64,000 bases of DNA, taken from NCBI RefSeq assembly GCF_009914755.1, contig NC_060939.1. One strand, written 5' to 3'. The notes under the pieces were generated by a model. The model was not told the DNA's origin. It was given only the letters and a program-made list of their open reading frames with translations, and did no database searches. A program made the translations under genes and the position numbers. This DNA comes from the human T2T-CHM13v2.0 reference genome, Homo sapiens. Below are positions 1-16,655 of the stretch, piece by piece (within the stretch, counting starts at the first letter, position 1; every line of letters starts with the position of its first letter).

Positions 1-2889
1 GAAAGGACCAGATGAAATGCTAATGGACTTGATAGAGTACAGGCACAAAGATGGAGACCAAAGAATATGATTATGGAAATGGGAGCATGTGGTCTTTTGG
101 GTGAAGAATTTTTCACTTCTTTGGAGACTGGAATGATGCAATAGAGCCCATTTATCCATTTTTCTAAATTAGAAGGTGGCAAACTGAAGGTGTCACTCTG
201 GCCCACTTGTGTCTTTTTCTGATTTTGACCCCGCAGCCCACTTGAGATGAAACCACCTCTCCACTCTTTGTAGCTTTGGCTTAATGTCAGGCTTGGGGTG
301 CTTGAGACTTGTACACAGGCACAGAGTGGGGGACTGCATCTGTGAGTCTCTCATTCAGGGCTCTGGAAAGCCTTGAGGAGAAGTGGTTGGACATTGGAAC
401 AAGGGATCTTGTTTCTTAATTCAGTGGAGAAGACCAGTGTGTAGAGAATGGTGTCTGAAGCATTCTCTCAAGGTGTCCCCTGGAGAAAGTCACTCCTTTA
501 GTCAAATTTTGGAGGCTGTTCAAAACCTTTGAATTTTGGAATATTTTCTACGTTTATTCTAACCAACCTCTTGTCATAAACACAAGGCTGTTTGCATTAA
601 ACAATCACACTGATTGGAAATGACAGAGCCTCTCTGGCAAGCCCATCAGGCCAAGAGAGAGGCATAGCAGAGTATAACCGGGGTCAGTTTCTGAGTCCTG
701 TCTCTGAAAATGAGACTGCCAGGCATGAGGCAGAATCTTTGTAGAGTCATACATTCTCCTGTGAGGAATTCTGTCCTGATACTTGCTCTTGACTTTGCCG
801 TTTTTTAGTTTCTTCCTTTCACTCGTACTCACATCCTGTTGGAACGACTCATTTTGTTCTCGTTCTGCTCTGGGATTTTCTTCGGAGTGCAAACCCAGAA
901 GTACATCTGCACTTTCTCAGCGAACTCATCGTTTGGCTGGGCTGCTCTATAATTAGATTTTTCAAAAACCTCTCTCCTCGTATATCAATTATTCCACTCC
1001 CTTAATCATCTTCCTCAGTGTTTTGCGTGATCCTACTCATTTATCAAGATGTCTGGGTCTATGCTTAAGCATTTGCAAAGAAAGAGTGATGCCTGCTACT
1101 AGAGTACAGTGTCTATGTGGAGGGCGTCTTGGGATCTTTTCTCCCATGTCTGTTCTTTTGCTTTCCACTATCCTTGCTAGATCATAACATTACTTTCATT
1201 TTCCAATCCAGAATGCTGTTCCTTTTAATGTACTTCAGGATTTCCATGATGATGGTTTTAGAAGTAGAGCATTCTGGAAATTGATGCTCTCTGTGTTTGT
1301 GTGTCTGTGTACTGGGAGACCTAACTTCCTGAAGCATTCACCAGTTGTGTAACTTATTTTCCTACGATAACCTGGGTGATAGCCAACAGGCAAGATATAT
1401 CATGAGATAAATTCCTGACCCCGTGTTGGGTAGTTAGTATAAGAGGGAAGATGGGCCAGTACTCAGGCACAGAACAGGTAACCCTCTGTTCCAACAGGAG
1501 TGCCAGAGTCTGAAAATTTACACTATGGTGATTTAATCATAGTCCCAACCTCATCAAACTAGACCTGAATAAGCTAGCAAGGTCTTAGGCAAAAGACATA
1601 TGTAAGGAAAGATATATATTTCTACAATTTGTCATTTAGGTCTTACTGTAGAACTTGATACAAATATACTGTCTGACAAGTTCTCTTCCACCTGTAGACA
1701 CTATTTTATGATGGGTATAAATTCATTCTTTTATTATAGTCACTAAGCATGAGTGATTTACTTCTTCAATTGATCTATGAGGGTTTTTAAATGCCTTATT
1801 CACTCATGTATTCACTTTTTCATCATGCATTTATTGAGAGCTTACTATAGGCTGGGTATTTTGTGGGTGCTGGGGAAGGACTGATGAGTAGAAAAAGATA
1901 TGGTCTCTGTCCTGAGTTTTATAGATCTATAGGAAAGACAGATGTTAATCATAACATCCCACAAATCCTTGTAAAATCATGGCGATGATAACTCCTAGTT
2001 GAAGGGTACCTTGGTGAAGGGCATGTTGGGGGTGTTCTGACTGGCTGAATTTGCATATAGTCATCCTGGACTAAATTAGACACACACATACATGTGTGTC
2101 CTTGGCTGTAACTGTTCTGAAGGTGAGGTCATGTTGTAGTGTTTATTTTTCACAGGGTTTGGTAGTTTTTATTGCATTTAACACACAGTTAACATTATTT
2201 TGTTAATCAGATTCAGGGAATAAAAAGCTCCCCAAAGTAATTTTTCTATCAAAATAATGCCTAGAAAATAAAAAAGATTGGATATCTATTACAGCTTCTT
2301 AAAAGTCTGCAAATCATCTGGCTTGCTGGGATTCCCATGTCTTTAGATTAAAGTGAGATTTGACTCCAAATCTGGTGGGAAATCCAGCATCCTGTCACTC
2401 TCAGTGTTCACCAATAAATGTCCATATAGCATTTTTTATTGAGGACTTTTGGCAAAACGTGGTTTAAATGGCAACTAAACCACAGAGCAGGATAGCAAAA
2501 ATATAGATACTGGCTATGCAAGATTTTAAAAGTCCCTCAAATATTTCCTCTCCTGGGGGATTTTTGCTTTTTTATTTATTTTTTTGTTTAACTCAAGGTT
2601 TGTCATTTGCCCATATTTCTAAGTCTATCCAAGCTCTGCCGTGGGGGCGTCTTTCAACAACTATTCTCTTTTGTTGAGGATCATAAGACTTACTGAGGAG
2701 AAAATAAAAAGATTTCGTGGTCAAATAAATTTGGGGAGCTTCAGTTCAAATGCCATAAGACATTTTTTAAAAACCATAGGATATCTGATTTTTAGCATAC
2801 TAATATATGTTGTACATTTTTAAGAAAGTGATTTTTTAGTTTTTTTCAGAGATCTACTTTAAATATTTCAAATAAATTATATCATTTAT

Positions 2890-3370
2890 GATGACTTTGG
2901 CCGCATGTAGCATGCATTCTGACTTAAATGATTTAAGCAGAAAGAAATCTTATTTCATGCAACTGAGTTCAGATGTAGGATGGACGTCAGGGTTGGTTGA
3001 TTCAGTGGCTCAGTGATGGCATCACAGGCTTAGTTTTTTCCATCTTCGCCTCTGCCATACTCAGTGTTGATTGCATACCTAGTGGTAGAGGGAGTGTCCT
3101 GAAATCTACAATAGCAATATCCTTAAGAAGAGGAGTGGCCATTTGTTCCTAGAGCCCTTAGGTGTGAAGAAACTTGTCTCAGAATCCCCAAATGTACTGT
3201 TTCTCATGTATCTTTGGACAGAATTGGGTATTAGCCTTATTCCTACATCAATCAACAGCAAGGAGAAGGGGTGAGCTCTCCTTTAAGCACCTGGATACAC
3301 ATGGGGTGGGTAATACCTGCACAAAATTGGAGGGAGTTATGTGGGATTAAGTGTCAAGTAGATCACTAAC
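2890..3370. mobile_element. Ancient MaLR LTR (MLT1J/K/L-like)
   Basis: Motifs such as ggttggttgattcagtggctcagtgatg and tttccatcttcgcctctgccatactcag resemble old MLT1 consensus sequences. Confidence 0.55.
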
Positions 3371-3392
3371 AACGTTTTCTAAAGAAATACAC

Positions 3393-3608
3393 TGCTATGG
3401 ACTGAATTGTGTCCCACCAAGTACATATGTTGAAGCCCTAACCCCCAATGTTACTGTATTTTAAGATGGGGTCTTTAGGAGTAAAGTTAAGTGAGGTCAT
3501 AAGGATGAAACCTTAATCCTATAGGACTGGTGGTCTTATAAGAAGAGAAAGAGATTTTCCTTTCTCTCTTTCCTCCTCTCCCTGCATATGCGAATGTGCA
3601 CATGTGCG

Positions 3609-3663
<55 letters not shown>

Positions 3664-5637
3664 AAGGCCATATGAGGACATGCTGAGAAGGCAGCTAAAC
3701 GCAAGCCAGGAAAAGAGAATTCACCAGAAACCAACCCTGCCAGACCTTCTAGCCTCTAGAACTGTGAAAAAACACATTTCTGTTGCTTAACCCACCCAGT
3801 CTCTGACATTTTATTATGGCAGCCTGAGCTGACAAATACAGATTTTGGTATTGAGAAGTGGGGTGCTGCTGTAACCTAAAAATGCAGAAGCAGCTTTGGA
3901 ACTGGGTAATGGGTGGAGGCTGGAGGAGTTTTGAGGTGCATGCCAGAAAACGCCTAGGTTGCTGTGAAGGGACTGTTGGTTGAAATATGGACATTAAAGG
4001 CAATTCTGGTGAGGACTGAAAAAGGAAAGAGGAGAGACGCAGAGAAAGCCTCCACCTGCTTACAGAATAAGTGCAGCGCGATGGAAAGAACGTTGGTAGA
4101 AGTAAGGACATCAAAAGCCATTCTGGCAAGGAATTAGATGGAAATGAGAAACAAGTTATTGGAAACTGGAGGAAAAGCCATCGTTGTTATGAAGTGGCAA
4201 ATAACTTGGGTGTTCTAGTGTTTTGTGGAAAGTAGAACTGGCAGGCACTAAAATTGGATAATTACCTGAGGCGATTTCTAAGCAAAATGTTGAAGATGTG
4301 GCTATGTTCTTCCTGAATGCTTAGAGAAAATTCTAGAGAAGAAAGAAATTGACAAAGGAATTGTTAAGCAAAAAGGAACTAGAGCTTGAAAATTTAGTAA
4401 ATTCTCAGCCTATCCATGTTGCAAAAAGTGAGGAAGCATGTTCTAAAGAGAACACTAAGAGTATGGCTGGACTATTACTTGATAAAGAGATAATGAGATT
4501 ATATGGGCAGAAAACAGCTTGGACTGAAGGGAATAGAGCAAAAGGAACTAAGTGAAGAAAGACTGTCAGATTCTTGGATGCTTCAGGACAGAACAACAGA
4601 GCTATTTCACTGAAAACATGAGCTATTCTTTAAAAAAAAAAAAGGAAAGACTCCAAAGATGATTCAGAGATGATCAAGGCTACCACTCACATCACAGCCC
4701 AGAGTATACAGGCCCAGGGTGCAAGGTTGGGTGAGGTCACTGCCTTGGTTTCAAGAGGCCAAGCTATCTCTTCCTGGAGTGTTGGGGCAGGATCTCTAAC
4801 TGACAGAGTCATGGGGGTGACAGAGCATTGAACTAGAAAGGATTATGCTCCAGCCTTAAAATCTAACAGAATTTGCCTTGCTAGGTTTGGAACATGCTTG
4901 GGACTTGTCATCTCTTTCTTTGGTCTGATTTCTCACTTTTGGAATGGGAATGCCTGTCTTATACCTGTCCTAATATTGTATTTTCAATGCACATAAGTTT
5001 TCTGGTCTCATGAGCTCACAGCTATGGAGAAATTTGCCTGAGAATAGATTGTATTCTGAATACAATTGTATTCGACCGTACTTGACTTAGACAATAATTA
5101 GATGAGAATTTGGACTTGAGATTTTAGTGCTGATGCTAAAATGAGGTGAGACTTTTGAAGCTGTTGGGATGGAGTGGATGTACTTTGCAAGAGAGAAAGA
5201 TATTAATTTCAAGGGGTCAGAGGCAGAATGCTAGAGCCTTAACTGAGTCCCCCTGAAATTCATATGTTGATGCCCTAATCCCCAATGTGATTGAATTTGG
5301 AGACAGAGTCTTTAGGAGGTAATTAGGATTAAATTAGATCATAAGGGTGAGATCTTAATCCTACAGGACTGATGGCCTCATGAGAAGAGGAAGATTTTCT
5401 CTCTCTCTCTCTCTCTTTCTGTGTGTGTGTATGTGTGCATGTGTTGAGGGAGGGCCATGTAAGAATATAGTGAGAAAGTGCTGTCTGCAAGCCAAGAAGG
5501 GCGCCCTTAGCAGAAACTGACCCTCCCAGGCCTTGATGTGGGACTTCCAGCCTCTAGACTGGTGGGAAAATAAATTTCTATTGCTTAAGCCACCTAGTCT
5601 TGATATTTTATTATTATTGCTGTAGAAGACTAATACC
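3393..5637 (+). mobile_element. MLT1A-type ERVL-MaLR element with both LTRs (3393-3840, 5229-5637) and internal region (3841-5228)
   Basis: Both LTRs begin TGCTA and end aataca/aatacc. The internal region begins gattttggtattgagaagtggggtgctgct, typical of MLT1-int. Possible degraded TSD TACAC/TATAT. Confidence 0.88.
3605..3661. repeat. (GC)n(CA)n microsatellite
   Basis: Read directly from the sequence. Confidence 0.97.
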
Positions 5638-7343
5638 TATATCAATGTGATAAAAATTAAAGTAAAACAGAAGTTTCTAGAAAAAAATGAGATTCCTCTC
5701 TCTATGACAATTCTAGCCTTGAAGATTGCTGCTAAAAATAATTTGTGGTGTAGTTTTCTAGTCGCTTTAATACTTACCAAATGCACGCATATGTTTGTGT
5801 ATGTATACATACATTAATCATTATACATACATGCTTTGTTTACTTTTTATTTTTTTAACATTGATATTTACTTACTGTTATACAAGTTGTGTATTACCAT
5901 TTAACAAAATACATAGCCCTATCTCATTCTTTATAAAGGTTATATAGATAGATTGTGTAGATGTATTATAATTCTTTCAACCACTTCAGTATGGGAGAAT
6001 GTTGCGTGAAGTGGTTTCCACACTTATCTGAACATGAAACATCTCATATTATATATATATCTCCAAAATATATAATTTTGGACCTGCTATTCTAGAACTT
6101 CAGGTTGTCTGTGTCTGTTTGTTGCCTTAAAAGAAGATGTAACTTCCTGAGGCTCTCAAGACATTTGGCCATTTGGCCATGGCAAAATGTAATTGGCTAA
6201 TAGTTCTCAAAAGCCATGATAATATAGGGCACTAATGAATACCCATGTGCTGGATGGTCCCCGTCTGGTCCTCGTGCACCTGAAGTGCTAACTTCCCATT
6301 CTTTAGGGGACCAAGTACTTTGTTCTTTCATTTGTGACACTGAACTGTTACGGAAATTGTGACATTACTCAGCAGCTGACTTATTTCATCTTGGATGAAC
6401 TCTCCTTCTAGCTACGTGGCTTGAATTGAGTAAATCTGACTAATGAATCAACAGGCAGGATTTTGGCAACATGAAAGATTCTGGCCTCCATAAAAGTTTT
6501 TAAAATTTGCGTAGTGTTTATAAGGAAAATTATTTCTCATAATTTATATTACTTGAATCTAATTTTATGTATCAACAAATACTCTGAAAGTGACAAAAAG
6601 TCACCTTAGTCAAGCCATTTAATCCCTAAAGCCATCCAATCCTATTAATGGGGTTGTGAAGATAAACATGGGTGATTCTAACATGCCTGTGAGTTTGCAC
6701 AACTGTCCTGTTTGCAAGAGCCAAGGTATTCTTGTGTTTACCATTGGGGATTGAATTGATTTACAACATAAAGATTATTCTGAAAATCCAATTTCCATGC
6801 AAACGCTGTTAATTGTTATACACGTGTCTCAGTTTGTTGACTCAGTTGTTTGAAGGTCCAGAGCTGTATTTTGGAAGATTTGTCAATTTAATTTTTTAAA
6901 ATTATGACAATTTAATTTTTCTTTTATTCATATTTAAAGCCTCATTTAGGCTTGGATTTATTTTAGGTGACAGCACATATACATAAAAAAAGAAAAAGAA
7001 CCAGTGTCATTAAATTGATGGATCAGAGACTTAAAATTTTTTTAGTGAGCTTCCTTTCCTGATTTCAACAAATTATAAGAAAGAAGATCTTTCCCAAGTC
7101 CACTTAATCTTTAGCACCTCATTTATGCCATCTATGGCATTTTTCTGTACAACAGTGACTTACAAATTATCACAGATTTCAGATACTGGAAGCTGAGATG
7201 TTTCCCATGCTTTATTGTTTAAAGGTGTTTATTTTATAGCACTTTTTAGTTGCATTATATCCTACTCTAGAGTAATAGACCCCTACCCCCCCCCCCCCCT
7301 TTTTTTTTTGCTCCCATCATGGTGTTGTTTTAAGCAATCATGA

Positions 7344-7652
<309 letters not shown>

Positions 7653-8710
7653 AGGAATCATGAATTCTTTAAATTGGAAAATAAAATTGTCTTCTTATTC
7701 AAACTCCTATCCAAATGTTTTCATACAGTAAAAGTACAAGGCATATAGTAATAGTATAATTACAATTATACTAATAATCATAAGTTTATTAAAGTATGTA
7801 TTCAATGATACACATGCATAAATATGTATAATTATATATGATAAATAGTCTTGTCTATTATTACCATTATACTCTACTTGGTTAATATAATTTTAATAAT
7901 GAATAGGAATAGTCCAGGCTACCAGTGTTTTAAAACGACTGTGTACTTATCTATAGATCAATCAAGACCTAGGAAAGATAATGGGAAGTTCTATGTAGGA
8001 TATAATGACATTTTTCAAATCTTCTCCATCTCTGTACCCTTAAGAAGAAAAAGAAGTTTCTTGCAGTTTCATATTTAGGAAGGCAACCTTGGGTAGGATG
8101 TTGATTACAGATATCATTTGACTATCATTCTTGTCTTTTAATCTAGATATAGCAAGCACAGTGTCCTGAAGCCATGTCTGAGACATTTGAAGGCAGAGTA
8201 GGAGCTATCTTGAATAGAAAATGCCTTTCAGCCCACAGAGATGATGTTATCACAAAACACTGTGACTCAATGGGTTGACAGATCCTTTCCCTCTCAACAC
8301 AGAGTCTATGATGTTGTTTTCACTGAGAAAGCTTAGTCAAGAGATTAGGTGATAGCAGCTAGCATTTACCTCTACCTCACCATGGTGCAAAACCTGGCAG
8401 CTGGAGGGAGGAGAGGGGAGCACATTGGAGCAGTGCAGCATTAAAGACTAATGTGCCCAATTCTCAGGACCCCTTGGGAATCTAGGGCATCCTTTTCATT
8501 GACAAAAATCATTTATGTGGAGCTTCAGTAACTGAATCTGTCATGTCAGCTACTTCAGTAGGCCGCACGGATTTAAATGGGTTAGAAGTTCCTTCTCTTT
8601 AAAGGGCCTTTATAGGCAACTCACACAAGGACAGATAGGTTTGGGCACATGTAGGGGGCGGTGCTGGCAGACAAAGAAGGCCAATTTGAGTTCATCCATT
8701 TAACCAATTA

Positions 8711-9085
<375 letters not shown>

Positions 9086-9660
9086 TCATATGACCCTATT
9101 TTCTCACTTCTTCCTTTTGTCTATTTTTTTCTCTCTCAATTATTTGTAAGAATATCCTTGTGCTATAGAGATCAGAAGACCTGCACTGAAAAAGTTAATC
9201 TTCTTAAGTCTCAGTTTCTTCATAGTAAAATGAGACAGCCTCAGATTTGTTGTAAAAACAATTGAAATGAGTGAATAAGGACCTTGACATTGCACCTGCC
9301 ACATTGCAAGTACTCAGTGGATTCCACTGACTAACAATGCTTTGTCAAACAGGGCAGAAGCTTTCATTATGTTGGGGGTAATGTTTTATAATCCTTAAAA
9401 TACCAAAGTTTCAATATTTTTATTTCCTAGAATATTTCTGAGAATCCAGAAAGGAGCTGGGTCACCATACTGGAAAAATTGCCCTCCATCTCACCCATAT
9501 GAAACTTGTGGAAATTTTTGATTCAGATAAGAACTGTAGTGGCTTATCACAGGCAAAGCCCTGGTGCTAAGTGCTTCTAGAGTTATCAGGGTCCATCCCT
9601 GCTCTGGAGGGGTTTAAGATTGCATAAGGAGGCTGAGGCAATTGCACAAATTACTATTTA

Positions 9661-9876
<216 letters not shown>

Positions 9877-11059
9877 TCACCATAAAAGTTACTGAGATGC
9901 TGAGGGGAATCCAAAAGTTGGGAGTTCACATCTGGATAGAGGATCAGGAAATGCTTCATGGTACAGATTCGTTTTTGAAAATCTAAGATCAACACATTTT
10001 CAAGAGCCTGAGAGCTTGATAGCAATTTTAAAATGTTATGCTTACGTTTTAAAGATAGTCACAAATGTGCTACCCTACCAAAAATATATAGAAAACTTTT
10101 CATTGATAACTTATAGCTGAAAATATTTTTATAAGGCTAGTTTCTAAGGTCATTGTTTCTGAAACTGGCAACCTAAATATTGTTTGTCTTTATAAATACA
10201 CAGTATCTGTGTATTTCTCAAGTATAAGAAACTGTGGTGTTTCAGATGAGGAGTGGATAGTTGGATAGAATTTTGACTCACAGGCTTTTTGAGTTTCTCA
10301 CTGACAGATTGACTCCTACTTGGACTTCAGCATCTTTGCTACCTGACCACAGCTATTTTTGGACTGTGGCTACCTTTACTCTGTTTAATCTGTCAATAGA
10401 CTTCCTTTGTGTCTTTTCTTTCAAAAATTTGTTGAGGTATTTGTTTGACTGGTGACTTCCCCTTGCCATTACCTCCATTGTTACGGAGTTACTCATCTTC
10501 GTATTTCCATTCTGAAATTAATGGGGTATTGTGGGAAAGGAAATGAATTTATGTTACTATTTTACTTTGAAGGAGAAGTCCCTGTCTCTCATCTTATTCA
10601 TTCATTCTTTATTTATTTATGCAAAGACTTGATTAGGATCCAATAGATGTGATGATTCAATAATTCAAAAGGAAAAAGCAACAAAACTGAAAATAAAATA
10701 AAAATTTATTTATGTTGCACTCTTGGCAAGATATTACACTTTACATGACACTCCTAGATAAAGAGTGAAGGATGAGACTTATGATGGATGAGGAGTCTGG
10801 GACAATAGCCAAGATCTTTATAGGGAGGCTGAAAAAAGCAGGTGGACTGTACCTGTGGCTCTGGAAGCCTCACTAGGAAGAGCTCTAAGCTTGTCAAGCC
10901 ACTTAGAGGAATCCTCATTCTATGCTTTCTGTGTCCCAATACTCAGTGGAGCCAAGAAAACTACCTAGCACCATATTCTCCTGCCAACTCAGTACCTTCA
11001 TTGCCCCCTGTCCTTCCTCACACCATTCCAGCTCACTCCTGGTATTCTTTAATTTTTAC

Positions 11060-12560
<1,501 letters not shown>

Positions 12561-12779
12561 TAATTTAATTTTATTTTGATTATACTTTAAGTTCTAGGGT
12601 ACATGGGCACAACGTGTGGCTTTGTTACATTGGTATACATGTGCCATGTTGGTTTGCTGCACCTATTAACTCGTCATTTACATTAGGTATTTCTCCTAAT
12701 GCTATCCCTCCCCCTGCCCGCTACCCCACGACAGTCCTCTGTGTGATGTTCCCTGCCCTGTGTCCAAGTGTTCTCATTG

Positions 12780-15700
12780 TTCGATTCTGACATATGAGTG
12801 AGAACATGCAGTGTTTGGGACAGTTTGCTCAGAATGATGGTTTCCAGCTTCATCCATGTCCCTATAAAGGACATGAACTCATCCTTTTTTTATGGCTGCA
12901 TAGTATTCCATAGTGTATATTTGCCACATTTTCTTAATCCAGTCTATCATCATTGGACATTTGGGTTGGTTCCACGTTTTTGGTATTGTGAATAATGTTG
13001 CATTAAACATACATGTGCATGTATCTTCATAGTAGCATGATTTATAATTCTTTGGGTATATACCCAGTGATAGGATGGCTGGGTCAAATGGTACTTCTAG
13101 TTCTAGATCCTTGAGGAATTGCCATACTGTCTTCCAAAATGGTTGAACTAGTTTACACTCCCACCAACAGTGAGAAAGTGTTCCTATTTCTCCACATCCT
13201 CCCCAGCATCTGTTGTTTCCTGACTTTTTAATGATCACCATTCTAACTGGTGTGAGATGGTATCTCATTGTAGTTTTGATTTGCATTTCTCTGATGGCCA
13301 GTGATGATGAGCATTTTTTCATGTGTCTTTTGGCTGCATAAATGTCTTCTTTTGAGAAATGTCTTTTCATATCCTCTCCCACTTTGTGATGGGATTGTTT
13401 GATTTTTTCCTTGTAAATTTAAGTTCTTTGTAGATTGTGGATATTAGCCCTTTGTCAGATGGGTAGATTGCAAAAATTTTCTCCCATTCTGTAGGTTGCC
13501 TGTTCACTCTGATGGTAGTTTCTTTTGCTGTGCAGAAGCTCTATAGTTTCATTAGATCCCATGTGTCTATTTTGGCATTTGTTGCCATTGCTTTTGGTGT
13601 TTTAGTTATGAAGTCCTTGTCTATGCCTGTGTCCTGATTGGTATTGCCTAAGTTTTCTTCTAGGGTTTTTATGGTTTTATGTCTAACATTTAAGTCTTTA
13701 ATCCATCTTGAATTAATTTTTGTATAAGATATAGGGAAGGGATCCAGTTTCAGCTTTGTACATATGGCTAGCCAGTTTTCCCAGCACCATTTATTAAATA
13801 GGGAATCCTTTCCCCGTTTCTTGTTTTTGTCAGGTTTGTCAAAGATCAGATTATTGTAGATGTGTGGTGTTATTTCTGAGGGCTCTGTTCTGTTCCATTG
13901 GTCTATCTCTCTGTTTTGGTACCAGTATCATGCTGTTTTGGTTACTGTAGCTTGTAGTATAGTTTGAAGTCAGGCAGCATGATGCCTCCAGCTTTGTTCT
14001 TTTTGCTTAGGATTGTCTTGGCAATGCAGGCTCTTTTTCGGTTCCATATGAACTTTAAAAAGTAGATTTTTCCAATTCTGTGAAGAAAATCATTGGTAGC
14101 TTGATGGGGATGGCATTGAATCTATAAATTACCTTGGGCAGTATGGCCATTTTCACGATATTGATTCTTCTTATCCATGAGCCTGGAATGTTCTTCCATT
14201 TGTTTGTGTCCTCTTTTATCTCGTTGAGCAGTGGTTTGTAGTTCTCCTTGAAGAGATCCTTCACATCCCTTGTAAGTTGGATTCCTAGGTATTTTATTCT
14301 GTTTGTAACAATTATGAATGGGAGTTCACTCATGATTTGGCTCTCTGTTTGTCTGTTATTGGTGTATAGGAATGCTTGTGATTTTTGCACATCGATTTTG
14401 TTTCCTGAGACTTTGCTGAAGTTGCTTATCAGCTTAAAGATATTTTGGGCTGAGACAATGGGGTTTTCTAAATATACAATTGTGTCATCTGCAAACAGGG
14501 AAAATTTGACTTCCTCTTTTCCTAATTGAATACCCTTTATTTCTTTCTCTTGCCTGATTGCCCTGACCAGAACTTCCAACACTATGTTGAATAGGAGTGG
14601 TGAGAGAGGACATCCCTGTCTTGTGCCACTTTTCAAAGGGAATGCTTCCAGTTTTTTGCCCATTCAGTATGATATTGGCTGAGGGTTTGTCATAAACAGC
14701 TCTGATTATTTTGAGATACGTCCCATCAATACTTAGTTTATTGAGAGTTTTTTTTTTTAGCATGAAAGGCTGTTGAATTTTGTTGAAGGCCTTTTCTGCA
14801 ACTATTGAGATAATCATGAGGTTTTTGTCATTGGTTCTGTTTATGTGATGGATTATGTTTATTGATTTGCATATGTTGAACCAGCCTTGCATCCCAGGAA
14901 TGAAGCCTACTTGATCATGGTGGATAAGCTTTTTGATGTGCTGCTGGATTCGGTTTGCCAGTAATTTATTGAGGATTTTTGCATCGATGTTCATCAGGGA
15001 TATTGGTCTAAAATTCTCTTTTTTTGTTGTGTCTCTGCCAGGCTTTGTTATCAGGATGATGCTGACCTCATAAAATGAGTTAGAGAGGATTGCCCCTTTT
15101 TCTATTGATTGGAATAGTTTCAGAATGAATGATACCAGCTCCTCTTTGTACCTCTGGTAGAATTTGGCTGTGAATCCATCTGGTCCTGGACTTTTTGGAT
15201 TGGTAGGCTATTAATTATTGCCTCAATTTCAGAGCCTGTTATTGGTCTATTCAGAGATTCAGCTTCTTCCTGATTTAGTCTTGGGAGGGTGCATATGTCC
15301 AGGAATTTATCCATTTCTTCTAGATTTTCTAGTTTATTTGTGTAGAGGTGTTTATAGTATTCTGTGACGGTAGTTTGTATTTCTGTGGGATTGGTGGTGA
15401 TATCCCCTTTATCATTTTTTATTGTGTCTATTTGATTCTTCTCTCTTTTCTTCTTTATTAGTCTTGCTAGTAGTCTATCAATTATGTTGATGTTTTCAAA
15501 AAAACAGCTCCTGGATTCATTGATTTTTTGAAGGGTTTTTTGTGTCTCTATCTCCTTCGGTTCTGCTCTGATCTTAGTTATTTCTTGCCTTATGCTAGCT
15601 TTTGAATTTGTTTGCTCTTCTCTACTTCTTTTAATTGTGATGTTAGGGTGTCGATTTTAGATCTTTCCTGCTTTCTCTTGTGGGCATTTAGTGCTACAAA

Positions 15701-16592
15701 TTTCCCTCTACAGACTGCTTTAAATGTGTCCCAGAGATTATGGTATGTTGTGTCTTTGTTCTCGTTAGTTTCAAAGAACATCTTTATTTCTGCCTTCATT
15801 TCATTATGTACCCAGTAGTCATTCAGGAGCAGGTTGTTCAGTTTCCATGGAGTTGTGTGGTTTTGAGTGAGTTTCTTAATCCTGAGTTTTAATATGATTG
15901 CACTGTGGTCTGAGAGACAGTTTGTTGTGATTTCTGTTCTTTTACATTGGCTGAGGAGTGCTTTACTTCCAATTATGTGGTCTATTTTAGAATAAGTGTG
16001 ATGTGGTGCTGAGAAAAATGTATATTTTGTTGACTTGGGGTGGAGAGTTCTGTAGATGTCTATTAGGTCTGCTTGGTGCAGAGCTGAGTTTAAGTCCTGG
16101 ATACCCTTGTTAACCTTCTGTCTCGTTGATCTGTCTAATATTGACAGTGGAGTGTTAAAGTCTCCCATTATTATTGTGTGGGAGTCTAAGTCTCTTTGTA
16201 GGTCTCTGAGGACTTGCTTTATGAATCTGGGTGCTCCTCTATTGGGTGCATATATATTTAGGATAGTTAGCTCTTCTTGTATTGATCCCTTTACCATTAT
16301 GCAATGGCCTTCTTTGTCTCTTTTGATCTTTGTTGGTTTAAAGTCTGATTTATCAGACACTAAGATTGCAATCCCTGCTTTTTTTTTGCTTTCCGTTTGC
16401 TTGGTAGTTCTTCTTCCATCCCTTTATTTTGAGCCTGTGTGTGTCTCTGCATGTGAGATGGGTCTCCTGAATACAGCACATTGATAGGTCTTGACTCTTT
16501 ATCCAATTTGCCAGTCTGTGTCTTTTAATTGGGGCATTTAGCCCATTTACATTTAATTTTAATATTGTTATGTGTGAATTTTATCCTGTCAT
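12780..16592 (-). pseudogene. L1 ORF2p remnant (endonuclease/reverse transcriptase), broken by multiple frameshifts and stops
   Basis: Fragments at 15590-16360 (endonuclease: [15 protein letters not shown]), 14485-14994 and 14055-14663 (RT: [14 protein letters not shown]), and 12879-13382 (Cys-rich C-terminus). Confidence 0.93.
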
Positions 16593-16655
16593 TATGACGT
16601 TAGCTGGTTATTTTGCCCATTAGTTGATGCAGTTTCTTCCTAGCATTGATGGTCT

